Shown: positions 17,717 to 26,222 of the stretch, piece by piece
How positions within the stretch are numbered: the first letter of the stretch is position 1
Layout: every line of letters starts with the position of its first letter
Assembly (NCBI GenBank): GCA_035341665.1
Contig: DAOQVR010000002.1
Coordinates: 117,626 to 181,625 of the forward strand
Direction of reading: 5' to 3'
Origin: Anaerolineae bacterium
GTDB taxonomy: Bacteria; Chloroflexota; Anaerolineae; JAAYZQ01
DNA length: 64,000 bases
The notes under the pieces: model-generated
What the model was told of the DNA's origin: nothing
The model's input: only the letters and a program-made list of their open reading frames with translations
Databases searched by the model: none
Position numbers and translations under genes: made by a program

Positions 17717-18415
17717 ATGCAAACGACACTAAGAATCCTGCGATTCAACCCCGAGACGGACCGGAGGCCGCACTGGGCAGAGTTCACCGTCGAGGTGGAG
17801 CCGACCGACCGGCTGCTGGATGCGCTCAACCAGGTCAAGGACACCCAGGACGGCACCCTGACCTACCGGCGCTCGTGCGCGCACGGGGTGTGCGGGTCGG
17901 ACGCGATGACGATCGACAGCGGCAACCGGCTGGCGTGCAAAACGCTGATGCGCGACCTGGGCCGGCGGGTGACGATCGAGCCGCTGCGCGGCTTCAAGGT
18001 CATCAAGGACCTGGTCGTGGACATGGACTCTTTCTTCGACAAGTACCGGTTGGTCATGCCCTACCTGATCAACGTCGGCGAGCCGCCGCCCGAGGAGCGC
18101 CTCCAGAGCCAGGCAGAGCGCGCGCGATTCGACATGACGACCAAGTGCATCCTGTGCGGCTGCTGCACCGGTGCCTGCCCTTCCTACTGGGCAAATCCCG
18201 ACTACATCGGGCCGGCAGCGATCGTGCAGGCACACCGTTTCCTCTTCGACAGCCGTGACCAGGGACTCTGGGCACGCCTGCAGGTCCTCAACACCCAGGA
18301 CGGCGTGTGGCGCTGCCGGACGGTGTTCAACTGCACGCTGGCCTGCCCGCGCGAGATTGAGGTCACAAAGGCAATTGGCGAAGTGAAGCGGCTGCTGGTG
18401 CGCAGCCACCTGTAG
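17717..18415 (+). CDS. sdhB: Succinate dehydrogenase iron-sulfur subunit
   Basis: CAHGVCGSDA, CILCGCCTGACP and CTLACP cluster motifs. Confidence 0.95.
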   Translation: MQTTLRILRFNPETDRRPHWAEFTVEVEPTDRLLDALNQVKDTQDGTLTYRRSCAHGVCGSDAMTIDSGNRLACKTLMRDLGRRVTIEPLRGFKVIKDLVVDMDSFFDKYRLVMPYLINVGEPPPEERLQSQAERARFDMTTKCILCGCCTGACPSYWANPDYIGPAAIVQAHRFLFDSRDQGLWARLQVLNTQDGVWRCRTVFNCTLACPREIEVTKAIGEVKRLLVRSHL

Positions 18416-18503
18416 AAGGGGCGATCCGGCCACCCCCCCCTCCCCATGCCGCCCGGTCCCCGCCCATCTCCGAGCCAGGTCAGGGACCTCCCCTACCTCG
18501 CAT

Positions 18504-18550
18504 TGTCACCCTGAGCGAAGCGAAGGGTCTCCAACACGCCTCGGGCAGGA
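18504..18550 (+). repeat. Solo half-copy of the GTCAyyCTGAG..GCGA..GGrwCTC repeat module
   Basis: TGTCACCCTGAGCGAAGCGAAGGGTCTCC resembles the arms of the elements at 7690-7850 and 31523-31671. Confidence 0.4.
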
Positions 18551-18553
18551 TCG

Positions 18554-18582
18554 TTGCCTTCCGGCCGACTCTGCAGTATAAT
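18554..18582 (+). promoter_or_regulatory. sigma70-type promoter for the NfeD-like gene
   Basis: TTGCCT, 17 nt, TATAAT. Confidence 0.55.
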
Positions 18583-18607
18583 GGACCCAGAGAGCAGGTC
18601 ACAGCAG

Positions 18608-19906
18608 ATGAACAAGAGACGGCTGATGCAGCTCCTGGTCCTGGCCTGGCTGGCGCTGTGGGCGCTGGCGCCCCTTAGCGCCCTGGGGCAGGAGGCTCGC
18701 CACGTCGACGTGCTGCAGATCGACGGCGCGGTGACGCCGATCATGCTGAGCTACATCGAGCGCGGCATCCGTAGCGCCGGCGAAGGCGGTGCCGAGGCTC
18801 TCATCATCCAGCTCAACACCCCCGGCGGCGGGATCGACCTCATGAGCAAGATCGTCCAGGCACTCCTTGCCTCAGATGTGCCGGTGGTGGTTTATGTCTA
18901 TCCGAGTGGCGCCTACGCGGCATCGGCCGGCACACTGATTACCCTGGCGGGCCATGTGGCAGCCATGGCACCGGGAACCACGATCGGCGCCGCCAGCCCC
19001 GTCGGCAGCGAGGGAGAGGACCTGGGTGAGACGATGGAGGCCAAGATCAAGGAGGACATGAGCGCCCAGGCGCGCGCGCTCACCAAGAGGCGTGGGGAGA
19101 AGGCAGTGGCTTGGGCCGAGTCGGCCATCCGGGAGGCCAAGGCCGCCACGGCCGAGGAGGCTCTGGACCTCGGTGTGATCGACTTCATCGCCCAGGACCT
19201 GGACGAGCTCTTGCCCAAGCTGGACGGGTTCACGGTCACGGTCAACGGCCGGGAGGTGGTGCTCGATACCGGCGGCGCCGCGGTCCAGGACGTGCCGATG
19301 AGCTTCGCCGAGCGGCTGCTGCACACAGTCACCAACCCGACGGTCGCCTACATCCTGCTGACGCTGGGCATCAACGCCATTCTGTACGAGCTGTCCAGCC
19401 CCGGCGGGTATGCGGCCGGCATCGTCGGGATCATCTGCCTGGTGCTGGCCTTCTACGCGCTGGGGATGCTGCCGGTCAACTATGCCGGCCTCCTCTTCAT
19501 CGGGCTGGCCTTTGTTCTCTTCATCGTGGACATCAAGGCGCCGACGCATGGTGCCCTGACGGTGGGTGGGATCGCCTCACTGGCCGCCGGGGGCCTGATC
19601 CTCTTCAACTCGCCTCTCTACCGCGTATCGGTCGCCGTGATCGCCGGCGTGGCAACGGCCACCGGCCTCTTCTTCGCCTTCGTGGTGGCCAAAGCCGTGC
19701 GGGCGCAGCGCAATCCCATCACCACCGGCCGTGAGGCGCTCTCCAGCCAGGCCGCCGAGGCGCAGACACCCCTCGACCCGGAGGGTACGGTCTTTCTGAA
19801 GGGAGAGCTCTGGGACGCGATCGCCGAGGATGGCCCCATCGAAAAAGGAGCCAGGGTAGAGGTGGTCGCCGTCGAGGGGTTCCGGCTGCGGGTCAGAAGG
19901 CTCTAG
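18608..19906 (+). CDS. NfeD family membrane-bound ClpP-class serine protease
   Basis: Signal MNKRRLMQLLVLAWLALWALAPLSALG, ClpP-like domain (PSGAYAASAGTLI), multi-TM middle, C-terminal NfeD OB domain (GELWDAI..GARVEVVAVEG). Confidence 0.8.
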   Translation: MNKRRLMQLLVLAWLALWALAPLSALGQEARHVDVLQIDGAVTPIMLSYIERGIRSAGEGGAEALIIQLNTPGGGIDLMSKIVQALLASDVPVVVYVYPSGAYAASAGTLITLAGHVAAMAPGTTIGAASPVGSEGEDLGETMEAKIKEDMSAQARALTKRRGEKAVAWAESAIREAKAATAEEALDLGVIDFIAQDLDELLPKLDGFTVTVNGREVVLDTGGAAVQDVPMSFAERLLHTVTNPTVAYILLTLGINAILYELSSPGGYAAGIVGIICLVLAFYALGMLPVNYAGLLFIGLAFVLFIVDIKAPTHGALTVGGIASLAAGGLILFNSPLYRVSVAVIAGVATATGLFFAFVVAKAVRAQRNPITTGREALSSQAAEAQTPLDPEGTVFLKGELWDAIAEDGPIEKGARVEVVAVEGFRLRVRRL

Positions 19907-19945
19907 AGCAGGAGCCCGGCCTCCCCCAGCCCACGCTGCGGGAGG

Positions 19946-20533
19946 CTACGGTGCCGTGCGGCGCGGGACCCGGTGGCACTGCCGGCAGCGGGCTTCGTAC
20001 GACTCGCTGCCCCCCACGAAGATGATCGGGTCGTCGTAGGCGGCCGGCTCGCCGTCGATGAGCCGCTGCGTGCGGCTCGCCGGTGCGCCGCAGACCACGC
20101 AGATCGCCTGCAGCTTGGTCACCTCTTCCGCCTCGGCCATCAGCAGCGGCATCGGGCCAAACGGCTCACCGCGAAAGTCCACGTCCAGCCCGGCCAGGAT
20201 CACACGCAGGCCGCGATGGGCGAGCTCGGCGCAGACGGCCGATATCTCCAGGTCAAAGAACTGCGCCTCATCCACAGCCACCACGGTCGTATCGGCTTCC
20301 AGCCGCTCAAGGATCTCGTGGGCCACACGGATCGCCTCAGCCTCCCATTGGAGCCCATTGTGCGAGGCAACTTGGACAGAGTGATAGCGGTTGTCGATCG
20401 CCGGCTTAAAGACCTGCACCTTCTGCTTCGCGATTCGGGCACGGCGGATACGGCGGATCATCTCCTCCGTCTTTCCACTGAACATGCTGCCGCAGACCAC
20501 CTCGATCCACCCGCCGTTGTAGCTGTGAGGCAT
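19946..20533 (-). CDS. tdk: Thymidine kinase
   Basis: [11 protein letters not shown]-loop and C-terminal zinc-ribbon cysteines (CVVCG...CRQC). Confidence 0.93.
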   Translation of the reverse strand: MPHSYNGGWIEVVCGSMFSGKTEEMIRRIRRARIAKQKVQVFKPAIDNRYHSVQVASHNGLQWEAEAIRVAHEILERLEADTTVVAVDEAQFFDLEISAVCAELAHRGLRVILAGLDVDFRGEPFGPMPLLMAEAEEVTKLQAICVVCGAPASRTQRLIDGEPAAYDDPIIFVGGSESYEARCRQCHRVPRRTAP

Positions 20534-20593
20534 CAGCTCCCTCGCTCCTTCCTGGCACGGCCCCTGGGGACGGGCCGGCTTCCTCCATCAATG

Positions 20594-20626
20594 AAAAAGG
20601 GGCAAAGCTCACACTCTGCCCCTTTG
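20594..20626 (-). terminator. Intrinsic terminator after rpmE
   Basis: Minus strand AAAGGGGCA-gagtgtgagct-TGCCCCTTT followed by TTCAT. Confidence 0.6.
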
Positions 20627-20641
20627 CTCGCCTGCGGCGTT

Positions 20642-20872
20642 CTAGGCCTTCTCGTCGTCCGCCCGGCCTGCCCTCTTCTCCAGGCGCCGCATGAAGCGGT
20701 CGACCTGGCCGGCCGTGTCCACGATGCGCTGCTCGCCGGTGAAGAACGGGTGGCACTTGGAGCAGACGTCGGTGTGAATCAGCTCGACCGTCGCCCCGGT
20801 CTTCCAGGTGTTGCCACAGGCACAGACTACCGTAGCCTGCGCAAAATACTTGGGATGGATCCCTTCTTTCAT
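20642..20872 (-). CDS. rpmE: 50S ribosomal protein L31
   Basis: MKEGIHPKY.., CxC...CxxCHPFFTG. Confidence 0.95.
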   Translation of the reverse strand: MKEGIHPKYFAQATVVCACGNTWKTGATVELIHTDVCSKCHPFFTGEQRIVDTAGQVDRFMRRLEKRAGRADDEKA

Positions 20873-20882
20873 GTTCCCCTCT

Positions 20883-21173
20883 CTATGCCTGTGCCTGCTC
20901 CGGCTGGGTCTCCGGTGCAGCCAGCGCCACGATGTTCACCCGCTTGCGCCCCTCGCGGATCGTCTCGAACTTGACGTAGCCGTCCACCGTCGCAAAAAGT
21001 GTATAGTCGCGGCCCACGCCGACGTTCTCACCCGGTTTGAAACGCGAGCCATGCTGCCGGACGATGATGCTGCCGGCGCTGACGAGCTCTCCATCATACG
21101 CCTTGACGCCCAGGCGCTGCCCGGCGCTGTCGCGCCCGTTGCGCGAGCTTCCACCAGCTTTCTTGTGTGCCAT
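20883..21173 (-). CDS. rpmA: 50S ribosomal protein L27
   Basis: [19 protein letters not shown]. Confidence 0.95.
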   Translation of the reverse strand: MAHKKAGGSSRNGRDSAGQRLGVKAYDGELVSAGSIIVRQHGSRFKPGENVGVGRDYTLFATVDGYVKFETIREGRKRVNIVALAAPETQPEQAQA

Positions 21174-21197
21174 TCTTCCCTACTCCCTCAGCTCCGG

Positions 21198-21509
21198 CTA
21201 TGCCGCGATTTCGTCAATGCGCAGGCGGGTGTATTGCTGCCTGTGGCCCTTCTTGCGCCGGTACCGGTTGTTGCGCCGGAACTTGAAGATGATCACCTTG
21301 CGGGCCATCGCCTGGCGGGTGACGGTCGCCTTGACTTTGGCGCCTGCCACCAACGGCTGGCCAATCTCGGACTTGGCACCGTCTGCAATCAGCAGCACCT
21401 CGTCCAGCTCAATCTGCTCTCCCACAGCGTGGGGCAGTACTTCGACATCGATCGAGTCCCCGGGAGCGACCCGGTATTGCTTGCCGCCTGTCCTAACGAC
21501 TGCGTACAT
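21198..21509 (-). CDS. rplU: 50S ribosomal protein L21
   Basis: Start taken at MYAVVRTGGKQYRV. Conserved rplU-rpmA order. Confidence 0.93.
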   Translation of the reverse strand: MYAVVRTGGKQYRVAPGDSIDVEVLPHAVGEQIELDEVLLIADGAKSEIGQPLVAGAKVKATVTRQAMARKVIIFKFRRNNRYRRKKGHRQQYTRLRIDEIAA

Positions 21510-21708
21510 CAGGGCTGTCCTCCAAACACTTGACATCAGCCGGCGGCGGACACCAGCTCCCGCCGCCGTACTGGCAAAACGCGATTATACCATGGTACAG
21601 GCCCCTGTCAAACTAGCACCCGACCAAGGCAGGTCTCCGCCCATACAGCACCACTGCCCGCCACGCCGTAGTGCAGAGCGCCGTGCCCGTCCCGTCCGCC
21701 GCAGCCCG

Positions 21709-21737
21709 TTGACACTGCCATTCTCGTGGGGTAGAAT
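21709..21737 (+). promoter_or_regulatory. sigma70-type promoter giving an apparently leaderless adh mRNA
   Basis: TTGACA, 17 nt, TAGAAT. The ATG at 21744 lies 6 nt after the -10 and no RBS is possible. Confidence 0.5.
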
Positions 21738-21743
21738 ACCTCC

Positions 21744-22739
21744 ATGAGAGCAATGATCCTCCAGGCGCCGAGGCCGGCCGACGACGATCCTCTCATCCCG
21801 GCCGATCTTCCCGTGCCGGATGCCGGACCAGGCGAGGTGCGCCTGCGAGTCCAGGCATGCGCCGTCTGCCACACCGATCTGCACCTGGCCGAAGGGGAGG
21901 TCGCAGCAGGCCGGCTCCCGATCGTGCCCGGCCATCAGGTGGTGGGCGTGGTCGACCAGGTCGGCGAGCGAGTCACCGGCCTGCACAAAGGCGACCTCGC
22001 CGGCGTCGCCTGGCTCAACTGGGCCTGCGGCGAATGCGAGTACTGCCGGGAGGGCCGCGAAAACCTGTGCGACCGGGCGCGCTTCACCGGCCAGCATGCC
22101 GACGGGGGCTTTGCCGAGCACATCGTGGTGCCCGCCGGCTTCACCTATCCGATCCCAGCCGGATTCTCGCCGGAGCAGGCCGCGCCCCTCCTGTGCGCCG
22201 GCGTGATCGGCTACCGCTCGCTTCGCCTTTGCGAAATCAGGCCCGGCGGCAGGCTGGGTCTCTATGGGTTCGGCGCCTCAGCCCACGTGACGATCCAGGT
22301 CGCGCGCCACTGGGGCTGTGAGGTGTACGTCTTCACCAGGGGACAGGAGCACCGGGACCAGGCGGCCGAGCTGGGCGCAGCCTGGGTGGGGGCCGCCGAA
22401 GAGACGCCGCCCCATCCCCTGGATGCAGCCATTACCTTTGCCCCGGCAGGCTGGCTCGTGCCCCAGGCACTCCGCGTGCTGCGCAAGGGGGGCACGCTGG
22501 CAATCAATGCTATTCACATGAGCGCCATCCCGGAGATGCCCTACTCACTGCTCTACGGCGAGAGGACGGTCCGCTCCGTGGCCAACGCCACGCGCCGCGA
22601 CGCCCGCGAGCTGCTCAGCCTCGCCGCAGAGACCCCAATCCGGACCGAGGTACAGCTCTTCCCACTCGACGAGGCCAACGAGGTGCTGCAGCGGCTAAAG
22701 CGCGCTCAGATGCGCGGCAGCGCGGTGCTGCTCATCTAG
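21744..22739 (+). CDS. Zinc-dependent alcohol dehydrogenase family oxidoreductase
   Basis: CAVCHTDLH catalytic Zn motif, structural Zn cysteines CGECEYC..C, GFGASAH Rossmann motif. Confidence 0.88.
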   Translation: MRAMILQAPRPADDDPLIPADLPVPDAGPGEVRLRVQACAVCHTDLHLAEGEVAAGRLPIVPGHQVVGVVDQVGERVTGLHKGDLAGVAWLNWACGECEYCREGRENLCDRARFTGQHADGGFAEHIVVPAGFTYPIPAGFSPEQAAPLLCAGVIGYRSLRLCEIRPGGRLGLYGFGASAHVTIQVARHWGCEVYVFTRGQEHRDQAAELGAAWVGAAEETPPHPLDAAITFAPAGWLVPQALRVLRKGGTLAINAIHMSAIPEMPYSLLYGERTVRSVANATRRDARELLSLAAETPIRTEVQLFPLDEANEVLQRLKRAQMRGSAVLLI

Positions 22740-22768
22740 GATCCCGAGCTCCAAAGGAGGCTGCATTC

Positions 22769-23563
22769 TTGTCACGCAGAGAACGTTTCCTGATCCTGCT
22801 CACCTGCCTGGCGCTCCTGCTGGCAGTCGCGCTGGTGAGCTGCGGCGCCGGTGCAGGCCGCACGTCGCGCGTCACCGCTACGCCGACCAAGACGCCCCGG
22901 CCCCTGTTCACCGCCACCCACACACCGCTTCCGCAGGTCGTGCCCACCGACACCCCGACGCCGACCACGGTGCCGCCCACCAGCACGCCGGTAGCGACCG
23001 ACACGCCGGCCCCGACCGATACCCCGCCGCCGGCGACCGACACACCCGCGCCCACCGACACACCCCTCCCACCCAGCGCCACGGCTGGCCCCACCAACAC
23101 CGCCAAGCCGCCGGCCACCAAGACCCCGGCCCGTCCCACGAACACGCCGGCTCCCCAGGTGGACTTTCGGGTGGCGGATATCGTGGCCTTCCCCGATCCT
23201 GACCTCAGTGCGGGAGGCGCCCACAACGTCTACTTCACCGTGCTGGACGCCGGCGGGGCCCCCATCGACGGCATCGTGCTGGAAGAGGTCAACAACCAGC
23301 CGCCCGTGCAGGTGACCACCGGCTCGAAGGGCCCCGGAAAGGCCGAGTACACCATGTGGGGCTCTGACTACCGGTTCAGGGTGCTGAGCGGGACGGACGG
23401 GCGGGCCTACAACAGCGAGACCACGCACGTCCTTTCCGTCGCCTTCGGACACGCGGTCTGGGAGGACCTGATCCGCGGCGGCATCTGTGCCGACGAAGCC
23501 GGCTGCCGCGCGCTGGGTCCCATCCACTACAGCTATCGCGTGACCTTTCAGCGCACCTGGTAG
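22769..23563 (+). CDS. Lipoprotein with Pro/Thr-rich linker and C-terminal domain of unknown function
   Basis: Lipobox LVSC, about 110 aa of (T/P)-rich low complexity, then a ~130-aa globular domain. Confidence 0.6.
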   Translation: MSRRERFLILLTCLALLLAVALVSCGAGAGRTSRVTATPTKTPRPLFTATHTPLPQVVPTDTPTPTTVPPTSTPVATDTPAPTDTPPPATDTPAPTDTPLPPSATAGPTNTAKPPATKTPARPTNTPAPQVDFRVADIVAFPDPDLSAGGAHNVYFTVLDAGGAPIDGIVLEEVNNQPPVQVTTGSKGPGKAEYTMWGSDYRFRVLSGTDGRAYNSETTHVLSVAFGHAVWEDLIRGGICADEAGCRALGPIHYSYRVTFQRTW

Positions 23564-23581
23564 GCACGTGGAGGGAGTGCT

Positions 23582-24499
23582 TTGTCCGAGCTTGGCTTGA
23601 GCATCCGCCCCGCCCGCGCCGATGACCGGGCCGCCATGGAGCGCATCTGCGCCCACACCTGGGACGACGGCGACTATATCCCGTATGTCTGGGATCGCTG
23701 GCTGGCGGACGAGCTGGGGCCCCTGGTCGTCGGAGAGATCGAGGGCCAGGTCGTCGCACTGTGCAAAATCTCCTTCCAGACCCCCGACCAGGTCTGGCTT
23801 CAGGGCATGCGCGTGGACCCCGACCGCCGCGGGCGCGGCATTGGCCGGCGCTTCCTCGACTATAGCCTGGCCTACGCCCACCGGCACGGCGCGCGCGTCG
23901 CCCGGCTGAGCACGAGCATCCGCAACACACCCGTGCACGCCATGGCGGCACGGGCGGGCATGGGGCGCATCGCCGTGCATGTCTTTTGGCAGGCCGAGGC
24001 GCTGCCCGGCGGCCCGCAGCCTCGCGTGCTCTCCCCCGGCGACCAGCCGGCCGTGGAATCATTCCTCCGCGCCAGCACCGTCCTGAAGGTCTGCCGCGGC
24101 GTCTACCAGTCCGGCTGGGAAAGCCTGGAGCTGACGCCGGATCGGTTGCCCCCCCTTCTGGAGCAGGGAAATGTGGTAGCAGCGGGCGGGCCGGACGCTC
24201 CCCCCGCGGCTGTGGCCCTGCTCACCGAGGACAAGGAGGACGAGGCGCTCTACTGCGGTTTTTCCGACGGCGAGCCGGCTGCGGTGCAGGAGCTGGCGAC
24301 CGCACTGCGTGCCTACGCGGCGCAGCGCGGGGCCAAACAGGCGTGCGCGTGGCTGCCCGAGGTGGCCTGGCTCCGCGAGGCCTTCGCCCGGGCCGGCTAT
24401 GCCTTTGGCGAGTGGCAGGGAGAGATGTGCCTCTACGAGCGTCGCTTCCCTCCGCCCGGCCCCCGCTTGGGCCAAGAGGAGGAGGATCGTGAGGGCTAG
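23582..24499 (+). CDS. GNAT family N-acetyltransferase
   Basis: TTG start after GGAGGGAG. LQGMRVDPDRRGRGIGRRFL acetyl-CoA binding motif. Confidence 0.75.
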   Translation: MSELGLSIRPARADDRAAMERICAHTWDDGDYIPYVWDRWLADELGPLVVGEIEGQVVALCKISFQTPDQVWLQGMRVDPDRRGRGIGRRFLDYSLAYAHRHGARVARLSTSIRNTPVHAMAARAGMGRIAVHVFWQAEALPGGPQPRVLSPGDQPAVESFLRASTVLKVCRGVYQSGWESLELTPDRLPPLLEQGNVVAAGGPDAPPAAVALLTEDKEDEALYCGFSDGEPAAVQELATALRAYAAQRGAKQACAWLPEVAWLREAFARAGYAFGEWQGEMCLYERRFPPPGPRLGQEEEDREG

Positions 24500-26222
24500 G
24501 CGGCCACCCATGCGCCCTCCGTCCAGAGCGTTGTGGCTCGGCCTGGCGCTGGCCGCGCTGGCTGCCGTCCTGTTCCTGACCCAGTCACACTGGCGGGCCT
24601 TCCTCTTCGGAGTGACCGGCGAAGAATCGCTGCCTGCCCAGCTGCGCGGCGGCTTTGAGTGGCTGGGCAACCTGACACGGCCGCGCCTCGAGACGCAGGA
24701 CATGGTCCCGGTGAACCACACCGGCATGAGCCCCTATGGCGTCAACGTCTTCCTGGAGCAGGAGGTCGAGCCGGCCAAGCGCGAGCAGTCCGTGAGGATG
24801 GTCGCCGAGGCCGGCTTCCACTGGATACGCCAGGAGTTCCCCTGGGAGGACATCGAGATACACGGCAAGGGCGATTTTGAGGATCGCCGCCACGAGCCCT
24901 ACCGCTCGGCCTGGGAGAAGTACGACAACATCGTCGACCTGGCAGACCAATATGGCCTCGAGATCATCGCCAGGCTCAGCAACCCGCCCGCCTGGAGCCG
25001 GGCCGCCGGCGACGAGACGGGCACCTTCGGCCCACCCGACAACCTGGAAGACTATGGCAATTTCGTCGAGCAGGTGGTCCGCCGCTACCAAGGGCGCATC
25101 CACACCTACCAGATCTGGAACGAGCCAAACATCTACCCCGAGTGGGGCGAGCAGCCCGTCAGTCCAGAGGGGTATACTGAGCTGCTGAAGGTGGGCTACA
25201 CCCGGGTCAAGGGCGCCTGCCCCGAGTGCATCGTCATTTCCGGGGCGCTCGCCCAGACCATTCCACTCGGCCCGCGCGACCTGAACGACTTTATCTTTCT
25301 GCAGCGGATGTACGCCGCTGGCGCGGCAGACTACTTCGACGTCCTGTCCATCCAGGGCTACGGGCTCTGGTCAGGGCCAACCGACCGCCGGATGCGGCCG
25401 CGTGTCCTCAACTTCTCAAGGCCCCTCTACATCCGCGACATCATGGTCCAGAACGGCGATGCCGACAAGCCGATCTGGATCACCGAGATGAACTGGAACG
25501 CCTCTCCGGAGGAGATGCCCAACAAGCCCTTCGGCTCAGTCACCCTGGAACAGCAGGCACGCTACGCCGTCCTGGCCTATCGCCGCGCCCAACAGGAGTG
25601 GCCCTGGGTGGGCGTCGTCTGCACCTGGTACTTCAAGCGCGCCACCGATACGGAGGTGGACCAGCCGATGTACTACTTCCGGCTGGTGGAGCCCGACTTT
25701 GCGCCCATGCCAGTCTACCATGCCCTGACCGAGCTCATGCACGAGACCCCGGCTCTCTACCGGGGCGCGCACCAGGAGGATCACTGGGCCCTGCGCTATA
25801 AAGGGGCCTGGGCGGAGCAGGCCGATGCGTCCGCAGAGCTGGGGGCCTACCGGGTAGCCGGATCGGCGGACGCCACACTGAGCTTTGCCTTCGAGGGGAC
25901 CGACCTGCTGCTCCGGCCCGATCGCGCGACCTCGGGCACGTGGAGCGTCACAGTGGACGGGGTCGACAAGAGCCTGGAGGTGACGCCCGGCGACTCTGTC
26001 TGGCTGGCACGCCGCTTGGCGCGGGGGAAGCACACCCTGACCCTGCAGGCCAGCGACAGCCGCCTGTCGGTCGACAGCATCACGGTCTACAACCGGTCGC
26101 CTCTCATCCCCTGGCTCCTGGTAGCGGCCGCGCTGCTGCTGGTGGGAGCAGCGGTCCACCTTCTCAGGTCAGTGCGGCGGAATCCGCCCCTTCCGGGCGC
26201 CTTCCGCCGGGTGCAGCCATGA
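24489..26222 (+). CDS. Membrane-anchored clan GH-A (TIM-barrel, GH5/GH39-like) glycoside hydrolase; start 24489 (GTG) or 24510 (ATG)
   Basis: N-terminal TM ALWLGLALAALAAVLFL. YQIWNEPN acid/base and WITEMNW nucleophile motifs. C-terminal TM. Confidence 0.7.
   Translation: MRARRPPMRPPSRALWLGLALAALAAVLFLTQSHWRAFLFGVTGEESLPAQLRGGFEWLGNLTRPRLETQDMVPVNHTGMSPYGVNVFLEQEVEPAKREQSVRMVAEAGFHWIRQEFPWEDIEIHGKGDFEDRRHEPYRSAWEKYDNIVDLADQYGLEIIARLSNPPAWSRAAGDETGTFGPPDNLEDYGNFVEQVVRRYQGRIHTYQIWNEPNIYPEWGEQPVSPEGYTELLKVGYTRVKGACPECIVISGALAQTIPLGPRDLNDFIFLQRMYAAGAADYFDVLSIQGYGLWSGPTDRRMRPRVLNFSRPLYIRDIMVQNGDADKPIWITEMNWNASPEEMPNKPFGSVTLEQQARYAVLAYRRAQQEWPWVGVVCTWYFKRATDTEVDQPMYYFRLVEPDFAPMPVYHALTELMHETPALYRGAHQEDHWALRYKGAWAEQADASAELGAYRVAGSADATLSFAFEGTDLLLRPDRATSGTWSVTVDGVDKSLEVTPGDSVWLARRLARGKHTLTLQASDSRLSVDSITVYNRSPLIPWLLVAAALLLVGAAVHLLRSVRRNPPLPGAFRRVQP

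Noticed and set aside
18608-19906. NfeD protease as part of an NfeD-stomatin (SPFH) operon
   Set aside because: No SPFH/band-7 gene is adjacent: upstream is sdhB and downstream is convergent tdk. The usual pairing cannot be claimed here.
24309-24488. Long N-terminal extension of the glycoside hydrolase ORF (start at 24309)
   Set aside because: It would overlap the GNAT gene by 190 nt in another frame and is Arg/Pro-rich. An RBS-preceded GTG at 24489 (or ATG at 24510) precedes the TM anchor.
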